A stretch of DNA of 29,531 nucleotides from an uncultured Gammaproteobacteria bacterium (GTDB taxonomy: Bacteria; Patescibacteriota; Microgenomatia; UBA12405; UBA6130). Below are positions 15,214 to 24,649 of the stretch, in pieces. A model generated the notes under the pieces. That model had not been told where the DNA came from and ran no database searches. It worked only from the letters and a program-made list of their open reading frames with translations. The stretch's first letter is position 1, and the number at the start of each line of letters is the position of its first letter. The stretch covers positions 1 through 29,531 of the forward strand of contig CAZHZZ010000001.1 of assembly GCA_964537585.1 (NCBI GenBank), written 5' to 3'. A program made the position numbers and the translations under genes.

Positions 15214-16224
15214 ATGGACAAAAAGATAGAGAGCCTCTTAAGGCAGTACAAAAATAAAATTCCTAAGCTAAATTCTGGTCAGGAGCTAGAGGAGATAAGA
15301 ATAAAATTGTTGGGACGAAAAGGAATAATCAAAAATTTATTTTCCCAAATTTCCCGTCAACCAATTGATTTGCGAAAAAAGCGCGGACAGCAACTGAACC
15401 AAGCAAAGCAACAGCTGGAAAAGCTTATTGCCAAGCAAACAAAAATAATCAAAACCACTAAGGCAAAGGTCGCGACAAAAGAAAAAAAAGTTTACCGGCT
15501 TAAAAAAATCGGCCACCTCCATCCATTGACGGTCATAGAAAACCAAATCAACCGTCTTTTTCAGTCGATGGGATTTTCCATCTATGACGGCCCGGAAATA
15601 GAAACCGATGAATACTGTTTTCAGCGGTTAAACGTTCCTGACAACCATCCTGCCCGAGACCTGCAAGACAGTATTTTTATCAAACAGCCAAAAATTCTCT
15701 TACGAACCCAAACCTCCTCCATAGAAGCTCGCTTGCTAGAAAAAGAAACTCCTCCATTCAGAGCCGCTTTTCCCGGCCGGGCATACCGCAACGAAAAAGT
15801 AAATAGAAGCAATCATTTTATCTTTAATCAGTATCAAGGGGTAGCCGTTGATAAAGATATCAGCCTTAAGCACCTCATTGGTGTTTTTGATCGGTTGATA
15901 AAGCACCTTTATGGGGAAAATGTGGTCGCCAGATATCGCTGTAAATACTATCCTGAGGTAGAACCCGGCTTAGGACTTGACCTACAATGTTTTAGTTGTC
16001 AGGCAAAAGGATGTCGGTTATGCAAAAATGTTGGCTGGATAGAAATAGGAGGGGCCGGTATTATTCATCCAAAGGTAATGAGCATGGCAGGCCTAGACCC
16101 TGTTAAATGGAGAGGCTTTGCTTTTGGCCTGGGGCTCGACCGATTGGTAATGGCAAAATATAAAATTAAAGATATCCGCACATTACAGGGAGGCAATCTG
16201 GCCTACAAACCAAACGTAATATGA
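15214..16224 (+). CDS. pheS: Phenylalanine--tRNA ligase alpha subunit
   Basis: GHLHPL, HPARDLQD, LRTQTS, GRAYRNE, YYPEVEPG, CxxC...CxxC, GFAFGLGLDRL. Confidence 0.97.
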   Translation: MDKKIESLLRQYKNKIPKLNSGQELEEIRIKLLGRKGIIKNLFSQISRQPIDLRKKRGQQLNQAKQQLEKLIAKQTKIIKTTKAKVATKEKKVYRLKKIGHLHPLTVIENQINRLFQSMGFSIYDGPEIETDEYCFQRLNVPDNHPARDLQDSIFIKQPKILLRTQTSSIEARLLEKETPPFRAAFPGRAYRNEKVNRSNHFIFNQYQGVAVDKDISLKHLIGVFDRLIKHLYGENVVARYRCKYYPEVEPGLGLDLQCFSCQAKGCRLCKNVGWIEIGGAGIIHPKVMSMAGLDPVKWRGFAFGLGLDRLVMAKYKIKDIRTLQGGNLAYKPNVI

Positions 16225-18101
16225 AAATTATCTACTCCCAGCTACAAAAATTATTACCTGATTTAGAAAAGCCGGTCCGCGCTGTAGCCGACGATCTGAC
16301 CATGATCGGTTTTTTTGCCAGCAGTCTGGAAAAAAAAGAAGGTGAAGATGTAATTGAGCTAGAGGTGAGGCAAAATAGGGGAGATGCCTTAAGTTATTAC
16401 GGTATTGCCAAAGAGTTATCAATCTTGTATAACATCTCCCTGAAAGAAAAAGAAGCCAAATCTCCTTCAGTGACTAAAAACTACCGTCTGCCTATAAAAA
16501 TTACCGCCAAAACATTAGTAAAACGAGTTATGGCTCTTAGGATTTCTGATTTAAAAAATTCTCCTTCCCCAGGTTGGCTAAAAAAATTTCTTCGTCTCCA
16601 CGACATAAGCCCCATAAACACTATTGTTGACCTTACTAATTTTGCTATGCTCTGGTACGGGATACCTTGCCATGCCTTCGACAATGCCAAAATATCCCAA
16701 AATCTTGTCTGGGAAACAAATAGTCGACCAAAATATCCATTTACCAGCCTTGACGGAACAAAAGTGCAACTGCCGTTAGAAACTCTTCAAATTAGTGACA
16801 GCAAAAAAGTTGTTTCTTTGGCCGGCATTGTGGGGGGTAACAATTCCCGCATCGATCTTGATACTAAAGAAATTATCCTTGAGATGGCCATATATGACAG
16901 AGGAAAAGTGAGAAAAGACTCGAGAAAATTAAAAATTATCACCGAAGCCAGCACTCGCTTGGACAAGGAGCTGGACACAGCCCTCATTCCTCAAGCGTTT
17001 TTTCATCTTACCGAACTTATTTTGCGTCATTGCCAAGGGCAAATCAGTAGTCATTTATTCGATAGCTATCTAGAAAAACCTAAAATCAAAAAAATAAAAT
17101 TTAATTCCCCAAAGCCATCCCTTTATGCCGGTATCCCCATCTCAGAAAAGTTTAGTCTGGAAATACTAGACCGTCTTGGATGTAAGGTTACGCCCCTAGT
17201 TAAACAGGGAACCATATACCAAGTGGTCCCGCCAACATGGAGAAAAGACCTTTATCTGGAAGAAGACCTGATTGAAGAAGTAATCCGTTTTTATGGATAC
17301 GATAAAATCCCCACCAATCAACCAATCCCAAATAAAAAACTGGCCAGCATTACCCCAAAAATTATTTATCTGATCGAAACAATAAAAAACATTCTTGTTC
17401 AAATGGGTTACGATGAGGTCAGATCATGGCCACTTATTAAAGAAAAAGGGTTAGATAAAATAAACCGTTCGGGCAAAACAGCAGACTACGTCTATATGCA
17501 AAACAGCATTAATAGTGAGTTTAGCGTCCTCAGACAATCAATCGTTTCTTCGCTCTGGCAACAAAAAAAACAGTATGAAAAATATAAGTTGCCCCAACCG
17601 CAATTTTTTGAGGTGGGCAAAGTGTTTTACAAACAAAACGGAAAATACGGTGAACATTACTCGCTCGGCATTTATCATCATGCAAAAAAACAACTCAAAA
17701 TTGATATTAAGCGTTTATTTAAAATATTAAAAATTGCCAGTAAAGTTTCCATAACAAAAATTGGTCATGACTCTTTTGTCCAAGTTGATTTGGAAAAGCT
17801 TTGCAAAAATAAATTCAACATCACTATTGACAGCAACAAAAAGGGCAGTCAAAAAGCAGTTTATGAATTAAGCAAACAAATCATTACCCTGGATGCCAAT
17901 GTTATTCTTTCTAAAAAACAACCTCCTAAAAATCTCATAAAAAAATATCAAGAAATTATCAATGAAAAATATCTCTGGCAGTTAGTAATCACCGATATTC
18001 ACAAAATCAAAAAGGGATATAAATACACCCTTAGAGCCTCGTATTTTAATATCGATAGTCAGGAGGCCAAAAAAATTCATCGGAAAGCGTTTGGGCTGTA
18101 A
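16221..18101 (+). CDS. pheT: Phenylalanine--tRNA ligase beta subunit, short form (626 aa)
   Basis: NRGDALSYYGIAKE, INTIVDLTNF...G.PCHAFD, VPPTWRKDL..EEDLIEEVIRFYGYD, LRQSIVSSL; ATGA overlap with pheS. Confidence 0.93.
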   Translation: MKIIYSQLQKLLPDLEKPVRAVADDLTMIGFFASSLEKKEGEDVIELEVRQNRGDALSYYGIAKELSILYNISLKEKEAKSPSVTKNYRLPIKITAKTLVKRVMALRISDLKNSPSPGWLKKFLRLHDISPINTIVDLTNFAMLWYGIPCHAFDNAKISQNLVWETNSRPKYPFTSLDGTKVQLPLETLQISDSKKVVSLAGIVGGNNSRIDLDTKEIILEMAIYDRGKVRKDSRKLKIITEASTRLDKELDTALIPQAFFHLTELILRHCQGQISSHLFDSYLEKPKIKKIKFNSPKPSLYAGIPISEKFSLEILDRLGCKVTPLVKQGTIYQVVPPTWRKDLYLEEDLIEEVIRFYGYDKIPTNQPIPNKKLASITPKIIYLIETIKNILVQMGYDEVRSWPLIKEKGLDKINRSGKTADYVYMQNSINSEFSVLRQSIVSSLWQQKKQYEKYKLPQPQFFEVGKVFYKQNGKYGEHYSLGIYHHAKKQLKIDIKRLFKILKIASKVSITKIGHDSFVQVDLEKLCKNKFNITIDSNKKGSQKAVYELSKQIITLDANVILSKKQPPKNLIKKYQEIINEKYLWQLVITDIHKIKKGYKYTLRASYFNIDSQEAKKIHRKAFGL

Positions 18102-18166
18102 ATAAGAGCCTTAAGTTATCGAGAAAATTTTTTATAAAAAGTTTTTTATCCTTTTCATATTCAGTT

Positions 18167-20797
18167 CTAAGTAGAGGAGGGGACTGGACTCGGGGTTAAG
18201 GTTGGATTTGGAGTCAGAGTTGGAGTCGGGGTTGGAGTTGCTTCAGTCGTTGGCGTCGGTGACGGCGATGGTTGCCAGTCCCACGGTCGATTGACCCCAA
18301 TTTTAATGTCCGCTTGGGCTTGATTGCCTTTCTCATCTTCTGCCATAACCTTAAGAGTATAGGTGCCATCATCCAAACTAATTTCTGCCTCATATGGCTT
18401 TTGATCAAAAGACTGGACCTCTTTGTCATCCACATACAAAACAACCTTTTTTATTAAATTGACGGAATTAGCCTGAATCTTAACAGTGAATTCACTGGAA
18501 ACCTTTGCCTCGTGCGCCGGAGAAACAAAAGAAACTGCCACCATGCCATTACTGTTACAATAATCATTGGGCGGGTGATAACGAGAATCTTTTTGCGAAA
18601 ACATCCACGCCAAAATTCCCTCCTGCCAACGATTCTTACCATCCTGAGAAACCGGATCCTCTTCTTTAAAGACAAAAAACTCTTTTTCTTCATAATCCCC
18701 TGGCAACACTTGAGCCGGGGTTGCCAACTTGTCCTGACCACGACAAAGCTTCAGTTTGGTATGAAGCGGATCTTTTCCCACTGCTTGAGTGCCGGAAATA
18801 AAATACTCTTTGCGCGCAGGAAAGCCATCATGAGCCGGCCAACCGGAAACAACATCTACTTCTTGTTGTTTTACCTCGTCAGGCTTTTTAAACTCTTGGT
18901 AGCCATAGAGCCGGAGGGCTTCAATTGTTGCCTGTTGCCAAATCGGGGTTGCTCCAGAAATACCGGAGGCAACTTTTTTCATCGGCGAGTTGTCATTATT
19001 GCCTACCCAGCTGGCTACCAACACGTTTGGCGTCCAACCAATTGCCCAATTATCACGCTTGTCATTAGTGGTCCCGGTTTTAACAGCTACTTTCTTGTCT
19101 GAAAAATACAACTTGCTATGAGCGCCAAAACTAATCAGGCGGGCATTATCGTCAGACAAAATATCACTAATAATAAAAGCTATCCCGGGAGACAAAACCC
19201 TTTTTCCGCCTACCGGTTTAAACTCTTCCAGTAAATTACCATCACGATCAAAAACTTTTAAAATCGCCGTTGGGGAATGTTTTATTCCTCCATTGGCAAA
19301 GGCTAAGTAAGCGGAAGCCAGATTAATCATTCTCACCTCTCCACCCCCCAAAGTTACCGATAAGCCAAATCTTTTTAAATTAGCTGAATTCGGTTCCAGG
19401 CTAGAGATGCCCATTTGGTAAGCCTTAGTAAGCATGTTTTTCTTTCCCACCATCGCCAGCGCCTTAACTGCCGGCACATTAATTGAGTTACCCAACGCAT
19501 AACGCACCGATAGGGGACCATGATAGTGGCCGTCATAATTTACCGGCACATAATCTTTCTGACCCGCGATGGGAAAAACAGTTTTGGTATCCATAATCGG
19601 CGATGCCGCCGTATATCCTTTTTCCAACGCCACTGAATAAGTTACCGGCTTTATGGCTGAGCCGGGCTGACGCAACCCTTGAGTAACAACATTAAACTTG
19701 CCATCAATATCGTCGGCAAAATAATCTTTAGATCCCACCAGCGCCAATACCTGACCGGTCTGAGGATCCATCACCAGGGCCGCTCCATTAGTAATATTTA
19801 AGCCTTTGTTTTTCTCAACCTGATCTTTAACAATTTTTTCCAATGAATTTTGTAATTCCAGATCCAAGCTGGTAACCACCCTTAAGCCTCCTCGTTCGAC
19901 AATTTCCTCACCATATTTTTCTTCCAAAATATTTTTTACCCAAATAACAAAATGAGGGGCTCTCATCGTTGTCCTGTTCTCGTTAAACTCCAAGCCGTCT
20001 AGCTGTGACAAACTCTCTTTTTCCAGCTCGGAAGTAATATAGCCATCTTCTCTCATGCGGCGCAAAACTGTCTTCGTCCGGCCAATATAAGCTTTAGGAT
20101 TACTGCTAAAAGGGGAATAAACTGAAGGCCGTTGAGGCAATCCCGCCAAAAAAGCCGATTCTACCAAGTTGAGGTCCGCCACTTTTTTCCCAAAGTATTG
20201 TTCGGTCGCCGCTCCCACTCCCCAGGCCGAGCCCCCATAGGGCGCCTCATTAAGATACATCAGCAAAATTTCGTCTTTATTATATTTTCTTTCCACCTGA
20301 AGGGATAAAATAAATTCTTTAACTTTTCTCGATATAGTTCGTTCAGGAGTTAATAAAACATTTTTTACCAATTGCTGGGTCAGAGTTGACCCTCCTTCCA
20401 GACGATGGTGGGCAATAATACTATAGACGGCGCGAACAATGCCCCTAACACTAAACCCGGGGTGAGAATAAAACTCTTTATCTTCAACCGATACCGTGGC
20501 TAATTTTAAATAATCAGGAACTTCTTCCCAGCCAACCGGAGACCGCTTGGCATCTTTATAAACGTCATATAACACTTTTTCGTGACGATCCATAATCCTT
20601 GTCGCGAATCCATCTCTCCGAGTCAACTTAGATGGAGAAGGGAGATCCTTTGATACCCAAGCAAAAACAGCAATTAAGGATAAAAAACTAAAAACCAAAA
20701 GAAAGAAACCGGAAATTGCCAAATAAAAAACCAGTTTATCGTGAGAAATATGCTTTAGTCGAAACTTAAGGCGCCATTTAAGCCTATTTATGCTCAT
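18167..20797 (-). CDS. Class A penicillin-binding protein (PBP1A-like) with C-terminal Ig-like domain and Pro/Thr tail (~876 aa)
   Basis: GT51 motifs EDKEFYSHPG, GGSTLTQQLVKN, RKVKE, YLNEAPYG; transpeptidase SAIK, SIN, KTGT; start moved to ATG 20797 (MSINRL). Confidence 0.95.
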   Translation of the reverse strand: MSINRLKWRLKFRLKHISHDKLVFYLAISGFFLLVFSFLSLIAVFAWVSKDLPSPSKLTRRDGFATRIMDRHEKVLYDVYKDAKRSPVGWEEVPDYLKLATVSVEDKEFYSHPGFSVRGIVRAVYSIIAHHRLEGGSTLTQQLVKNVLLTPERTISRKVKEFILSLQVERKYNKDEILLMYLNEAPYGGSAWGVGAATEQYFGKKVADLNLVESAFLAGLPQRPSVYSPFSSNPKAYIGRTKTVLRRMREDGYITSELEKESLSQLDGLEFNENRTTMRAPHFVIWVKNILEEKYGEEIVERGGLRVVTSLDLELQNSLEKIVKDQVEKNKGLNITNGAALVMDPQTGQVLALVGSKDYFADDIDGKFNVVTQGLRQPGSAIKPVTYSVALEKGYTAASPIMDTKTVFPIAGQKDYVPVNYDGHYHGPLSVRYALGNSINVPAVKALAMVGKKNMLTKAYQMGISSLEPNSANLKRFGLSVTLGGGEVRMINLASAYLAFANGGIKHSPTAILKVFDRDGNLLEEFKPVGGKRVLSPGIAFIISDILSDDNARLISFGAHSKLYFSDKKVAVKTGTTNDKRDNWAIGWTPNVLVASWVGNNDNSPMKKVASGISGATPIWQQATIEALRLYGYQEFKKPDEVKQQEVDVVSGWPAHDGFPARKEYFISGTQAVGKDPLHTKLKLCRGQDKLATPAQVLPGDYEEKEFFVFKEEDPVSQDGKNRWQEGILAWMFSQKDSRYHPPNDYCNSNGMVAVSFVSPAHEAKVSSEFTVKIQANSVNLIKKVVLYVDDKEVQSFDQKPYEAEISLDDGTYTLKVMAEDEKGNQAQADIKIGVNRPWDWQPSPSPTPTTEATPTPTPTLTPNPTLTPSPVPSST
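18176..18271 (-). repeat. Low-complexity Pro/Thr/Ser repeat coding the PBP tail
   Basis: PSPSPTPTTEATPTPTPTLTPNPTLTPSPVPSS. Confidence 0.8.
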
Positions 20798-20802
20798 GTT
20801 AC

Positions 20803-20811
20803 ATTCTAACA
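20803..20811 (-). promoter_or_regulatory. Extended -10 for the PBP gene
   Basis: TGtTAGAAT; ATG begins 5 nt after it. Confidence 0.65.
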
Positions 20812-20908
20812 ACAAAAGAAGCGGTCGGCAAATCGCCCCCAAGCCGAGATTACCCCAAACTCCTACTTGCCCCCGGAGCAATTTTTGGTTATTATTAAAT
20901 TGTCAAAA

Positions 20909-21025
20909 ATGAAAATGCCCAAGCTAAGAATCAAAAAAGAAAAAGTGATCAAAACCATTATTGTCATTGCCTCAATTTCGTTAATCTTAAGCAGTCTTTT
21001 GCCACTGATTACCGCCTTTTATTAA
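20909..21025 (+). CDS. Small single-pass membrane protein (38 aa), absent from the ORF track
   Basis: Hand translation MKMPKLRIKKEKVIKTIIVIASISLILSSLLPLITAFY*; basic N-terminus then hydrophobic helix; stop 5 nt before recG ATG. Confidence 0.65.
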   Translation: MKMPKLRIKKEKVIKTIIVIASISLILSSLLPLITAFY

Positions 21026-21030
21026 GGAAC

Positions 21031-23076
21031 ATGCAATCCGTTCCCCTCAATTTAGAAACCCCCATTAGGTATCTTAAAGGCGTGGGGCCAAAGATGGCTC
21101 TCAATCTAAAAAAGTTAGAGATCCAAACCGTCGGCGACCTTCTTTGGCATTTTCCTTCGCACTACAAAGACTTTTCTAAACTAAAAAAAATCAACCACTT
21201 GCAAAAAGGAGAAACGGTCACTGTATCCGGCAAAATAAAAGAAATAAAAAATGCTTATACCGCCGGGGGCAGGACTATTCAAAAAGGAATCTTAAAAGAT
21301 TCCAGTGGAGAAATCAATCTGCTCTGGTTTAATCAGCCATTTTTGATAAAGACAATCCGGAAAAACACCGCACTATCCTGTTCCGGCAAAGTAGGGTTCT
21401 CCCTGGGGCAAAAAGTCCTGGTTTCTCCCGATTACGAACCAGTAGCCAATGAATTAATTCACACCGGCAAACTGGTGCCGGTTTATCCGGAAACAAAAAA
21501 GGTCAGCTCAAAAATTCTCAGAAAATTTTCTAAACTAGCTCTAAGCCTAATGGGGGAGCAAATTAAAGAAACATTGCCAAACAAAATTTTAGACAAACAC
21601 AACCTTCTCTCGCGTCGCCGCTCATTTTTAAATATTCATTTTCCCAAAACTCTGGATGATGCCCGGGCGGCTAAAAGACGATTTGCTTTCGAAGAAATCT
21701 TTTCTTTGCAGATGAAGGCTCTCAGGCAAAAAGAAAATTGGAAAAAATCCAAAACCGCCCCTAAAATGACCGGCAAAAAAAAACAAATCCGGCAAATGAT
21801 AAACAAATTGCCTTTTACCCTCACTTTAGGACAAAAAAGATCGATAAAAGAAATCCTGACAGACATGGAAAAAACTACTCCCATGAACCGCTTGCTCCAA
21901 GGGGATGTTGGCAGTGGCAAAACAATCCCCGCCACTATCGCTGTTTATAACGCCTTTTTAAACAAACAATCAACCGCTTTCATGGTTCCTACCCAAATCT
22001 TGGCCATGCAACACTACCAAACTTTAAAAAAACTTCTCTCCCCCCTGGGAGTAAGCATTCAACTGCTAACTAAAGACAAAAAAATCAAAAAGAACCGCCA
22101 ATTGGCAAATCTGATCATTGGTACCCAAGCTCTCATCTATCAAAAGACCCCTCTTGTCAATTTCGGATTAGTAATTATCGATGAACAGCACCGCTTTGGC
22201 GTTTCCCAGAGAAGCAAATTAATAAAAAAGGTTTCTTCCGCAGGCAAGACCTCTCCTCATCTTTTAACCATGACGGCCACTCCAATCCCCAGAACAGTTA
22301 CCTTGACACTTTATGGAGACCTAGATCTTTCCACTATTGATCAAATTCCTGCCGGAAGAAAAAAAATAGATACTTTTATAGTTCCCGGCAAAAAGCGCCC
22401 CCAAGCCAACAAATGGATAGAAAAACAAATAAAAACTCAACATTCTCAAGCATTCATAATCTGCCCTTTCGTAAAGCCTTCAGAAACGCTAAAAACCATA
22501 AAATCAGCAAAAGAAGAGTTTAAAAGACTAGGGAAAATATTTCCCAATCTTACCCTAGAGCTACTTCATGGCGAAATAAACAGCCGGCAAAAGAGAAAAA
22601 TATTAAAAAAAATGCAAAAAGGGGAGATAGATATTTTGGTAGCGACCCCAATAGTAGAAGTGGGAATCGACATCCCCAACGCGACCATTATGGTCATTGA
22701 ATCCGCCCAACGCTTTGGTCTGGCCCAACTTCATCAACTGCGAGGTCGGATTGGCAGGGGAGAAAAAAAATCTTACTGTTTACTGTTTACCGACATCACC
22801 AATGGCGCTTCTTTAAAAAGACTACAGGCAATGGAAAAGATAAATCAAGGAACAAAATTAGCCGCAATAGACCTGGAATCAAGGGGACCGGGAGAAGTTT
22901 ACGGACTTAAACAACATGGTTTTCCTAAATTTAAGGCCGCTTCTTTTACAGACCTTGCTCTTATCAAAAAATGCCGCCACGAAGCAGAGGCAATTATCAG
23001 GCAAGATTCTAGCCTGAAACAATATCCTCATTTAAAAAAACTAATTAATAAAAACCCTCCGGTTGCTCCTAACTAA
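21031..23076 (+). CDS. recG: ATP-dependent DNA helicase RecG
   Basis: LKGVGPK, wedge OB domain, LLQGDVGSGKT, DEQHRFG, MTATPIPRT, LAQLHQLRGRIGRG, DLESRGPGE. Confidence 0.97.
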   Translation: MQSVPLNLETPIRYLKGVGPKMALNLKKLEIQTVGDLLWHFPSHYKDFSKLKKINHLQKGETVTVSGKIKEIKNAYTAGGRTIQKGILKDSSGEINLLWFNQPFLIKTIRKNTALSCSGKVGFSLGQKVLVSPDYEPVANELIHTGKLVPVYPETKKVSSKILRKFSKLALSLMGEQIKETLPNKILDKHNLLSRRRSFLNIHFPKTLDDARAAKRRFAFEEIFSLQMKALRQKENWKKSKTAPKMTGKKKQIRQMINKLPFTLTLGQKRSIKEILTDMEKTTPMNRLLQGDVGSGKTIPATIAVYNAFLNKQSTAFMVPTQILAMQHYQTLKKLLSPLGVSIQLLTKDKKIKKNRQLANLIIGTQALIYQKTPLVNFGLVIIDEQHRFGVSQRSKLIKKVSSAGKTSPHLLTMTATPIPRTVTLTLYGDLDLSTIDQIPAGRKKIDTFIVPGKKRPQANKWIEKQIKTQHSQAFIICPFVKPSETLKTIKSAKEEFKRLGKIFPNLTLELLHGEINSRQKRKILKKMQKGEIDILVATPIVEVGIDIPNATIMVIESAQRFGLAQLHQLRGRIGRGEKKSYCLLFTDITNGASLKRLQAMEKINQGTKLAAIDLESRGPGEVYGLKQHGFPKFKAASFTDLALIKKCRHEAEAIIRQDSSLKQYPHLKKLINKNPPVAPN

Positions 23077-23085
23077 AATTCTCGT

Positions 23086-23114
23086 TTGCATTAATCTGCC
23101 AACAAATGTAAAAT
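23086..23114 (+). promoter_or_regulatory. Sigma70 promoter for rpmF-nusB-rnc
   Basis: TTGCAT-N17-TAAAAT with TG just upstream of the -10. Confidence 0.75.
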
Positions 23115-23152
23115 AAGTCCAGCTAAAAAAAATTATATATTGCGATCAAATT

Positions 23153-23332
23153 ATGGGTGCTTTACCAAAAAGAAAACCATCAACCTGGAGACAGGGGAGA
23201 AGAAGAGCCACTCACTCTGTTAAATTGCCCCGCGTCTCTTATTGTCCTAAATGTAAGGTAGAAAAACTGCCTCATTTCGTTTGTCAAAACTGTGGCTGGT
23301 ATGAAGCAAAAAAACCTCGACCCCAGGCATAA
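23153..23332 (+). CDS. rpmF: 50S ribosomal protein L32 (59 aa, zinc-ribbon form), absent from the ORF track
   Basis: Hand translation MGALPKRKPSTWRQGRRRATHSVKLPRVSYCPKCKVEKLPHFVCQNCGWYEAKKPRPQA*. Confidence 0.95.
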   Translation: MGALPKRKPSTWRQGRRRATHSVKLPRVSYCPKCKVEKLPHFVCQNCGWYEAKKPRPQA

Positions 23333-23687
23333 AAGGCGACAACAGGCGGTAAAATCTCTTTTTGCATTTAGTTTTAATGCTATCGCTCATCGAAAAACCA
23401 CTCGTCCCTGTTATAAATTAGCCCGGTTAGTTATCAAGAAACAGAAAGATATTGATAAAATTATTGCTAAGTCTGCCCCTAAGTGGCCAATCGAAAGAAT
23501 TAATAAAATTGACCTGGCGATACTAAGATTGTCTATTTGGGAATTGCGTTGTCAAAGAAAAGAGCCACCCAAGGTAATTATCGATGAAGCGGTAGAATTA
23601 GCCAAAGAATTTGGCGGGGAACAATCAAGTAGCTTTGTTAACGGTGTTCTAGGAACGGTTTTAAAAACTTATGAAAAAAACAATTAA
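23301..23687 (+). CDS. nusB: Transcription antitermination factor NusB
   Basis: RHKRRQQAVKSLF, WPIERINKIDLAILRL, VIIDEAVELAKEFG, FVNGVLG; ATG 23301 preferred. Confidence 0.95.
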   Translation: MKQKNLDPRHKRRQQAVKSLFAFSFNAIAHRKTTRPCYKLARLVIKKQKDIDKIIAKSAPKWPIERINKIDLAILRLSIWELRCQRKEPPKVIIDEAVELAKEFGGEQSSSFVNGVLGTVLKTYEKNN

Positions 23688-24405
23688 CTCATCCCAGGTA
23701 TCTTTTCTTGCCAAGTTAGAGGAAAAGATAAAAGTGCGGTTCAAAAACAAAGGCTTGTTAAAAACCGCTCTAACCCACCGCTCATGGTTAAACGAAAACC
23801 ATAAGATTAAGGCGGAATCGAACGAACGATTGGAATTTTTAGGAGATGCTGTTTTAGAGCTTTGGGCCACGAAAACTCTTTTTTTGCAGTTTCCTCACTT
23901 GAACGAAGGCCATTTAACTAATATCAGGGCCGCCATTGTCCGGACAGAAAGTCTGGCAAAAAAAGGAAAAGAATTGCATCTAGGTGAATTTTTATTTTTA
24001 AGCAAGGGAGAAGAAAAAACCGGTGGCCGGAATAATACTTCTCTTTTGGCAAACACCTTTGAGGCCTTAGTCGGAGCTATTTACTGTGATCAAGGCAACA
24101 AGGTAGAAAAATTTTTAGACGAACTGCTCTTAAAAGACCTCCTCGCCTGGGGTAAAAAGGGGGACGCCAAAGATTGCAAAACCCTTTTACAGGAAAAAGC
24201 CCAAACCAAACTAAAGCTTACCCCTCATTATCAACTAATAAGACAAAAAGGACCTGATCACAATAGGACATTTACCACCGCCGTCTTATTTGGCGATAAA
24301 AAAATATGCCTTGGCAAAGGAAAGTCAAAAAAAGAATCAGAAGAATCAGCCGCCCGGAAAGCGTTGACTATCCTTGCTCAGAAAGGTACAATTAACGGCA
24401 ATTGA
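23671..24405 (+). CDS. rnc: Ribonuclease III
   Basis: ALTHRS, NERLEFLGDAVL signature, LANTFEALVGAIY, dsRBD KTLLQE...GKSKKESEESAA. Confidence 0.97.
   Translation: MKKTINSSQVSFLAKLEEKIKVRFKNKGLLKTALTHRSWLNENHKIKAESNERLEFLGDAVLELWATKTLFLQFPHLNEGHLTNIRAAIVRTESLAKKGKELHLGEFLFLSKGEEKTGGRNNTSLLANTFEALVGAIYCDQGNKVEKFLDELLLKDLLAWGKKGDAKDCKTLLQEKAQTKLKLTPHYQLIRQKGPDHNRTFTTAVLFGDKKICLGKGKSKKESEESAARKALTILAQKGTINGN
24364..24392 (+). promoter_or_regulatory. Sigma70 promoter for rpsP-KH inside the rnc 3' end
   Basis: TTGACT-N17-TACAAT; downstream leader carries SD-like GAAAGG 6 nt before ATG 24422. Confidence 0.8.
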
Positions 24406-24421
24406 AGAAGAAAGGCTTAAA

Positions 24422-24649
24422 ATGCTTAAAATTAAATTAACCCAACGAGGTAAAAAAAATCAACGCAGTTATCGGATCGTTGTTGCCCAAAGACGATCTA
24501 AAAGAGATGGTAAATTCATTGACGATTTAGGATTTTTTAATCCTGCCAGTCAAGAGTTCAAAATTGACCAAAAAAAATTGCTTGCCTGGCAAAAAAATGG
24601 CGCTCAGCTGACCACAGGGGTAAGAAAGTTGCTTGCCGAAAAACAATGA
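24422..24649 (+). CDS. rpsP: 30S ribosomal protein S16
   Basis: MLKIKLTQRGKK..SYRIVVAQRRSKRDGKFID.LGFFNP, W..NGAQLT..VRKL; true start ATG 24422. Confidence 0.96.
   Translation: MLKIKLTQRGKKNQRSYRIVVAQRRSKRDGKFIDDLGFFNPASQEFKIDQKKLLAWQKNGAQLTTGVRKLLAEKQ

Noticed and set aside
18512-19102. 196-aa plus-strand ORF inside the PBP gene
   Set aside because: Antisense shadow of a well-conserved gene; no motifs, promoter or SD.
20798-20881. 28-codon N-terminal extension of the PBP ORF
   Set aside because: Spans the extended -10 and the GC-rich spacer; ATG 20797 gives a normal basic N-terminus before the TM helix.
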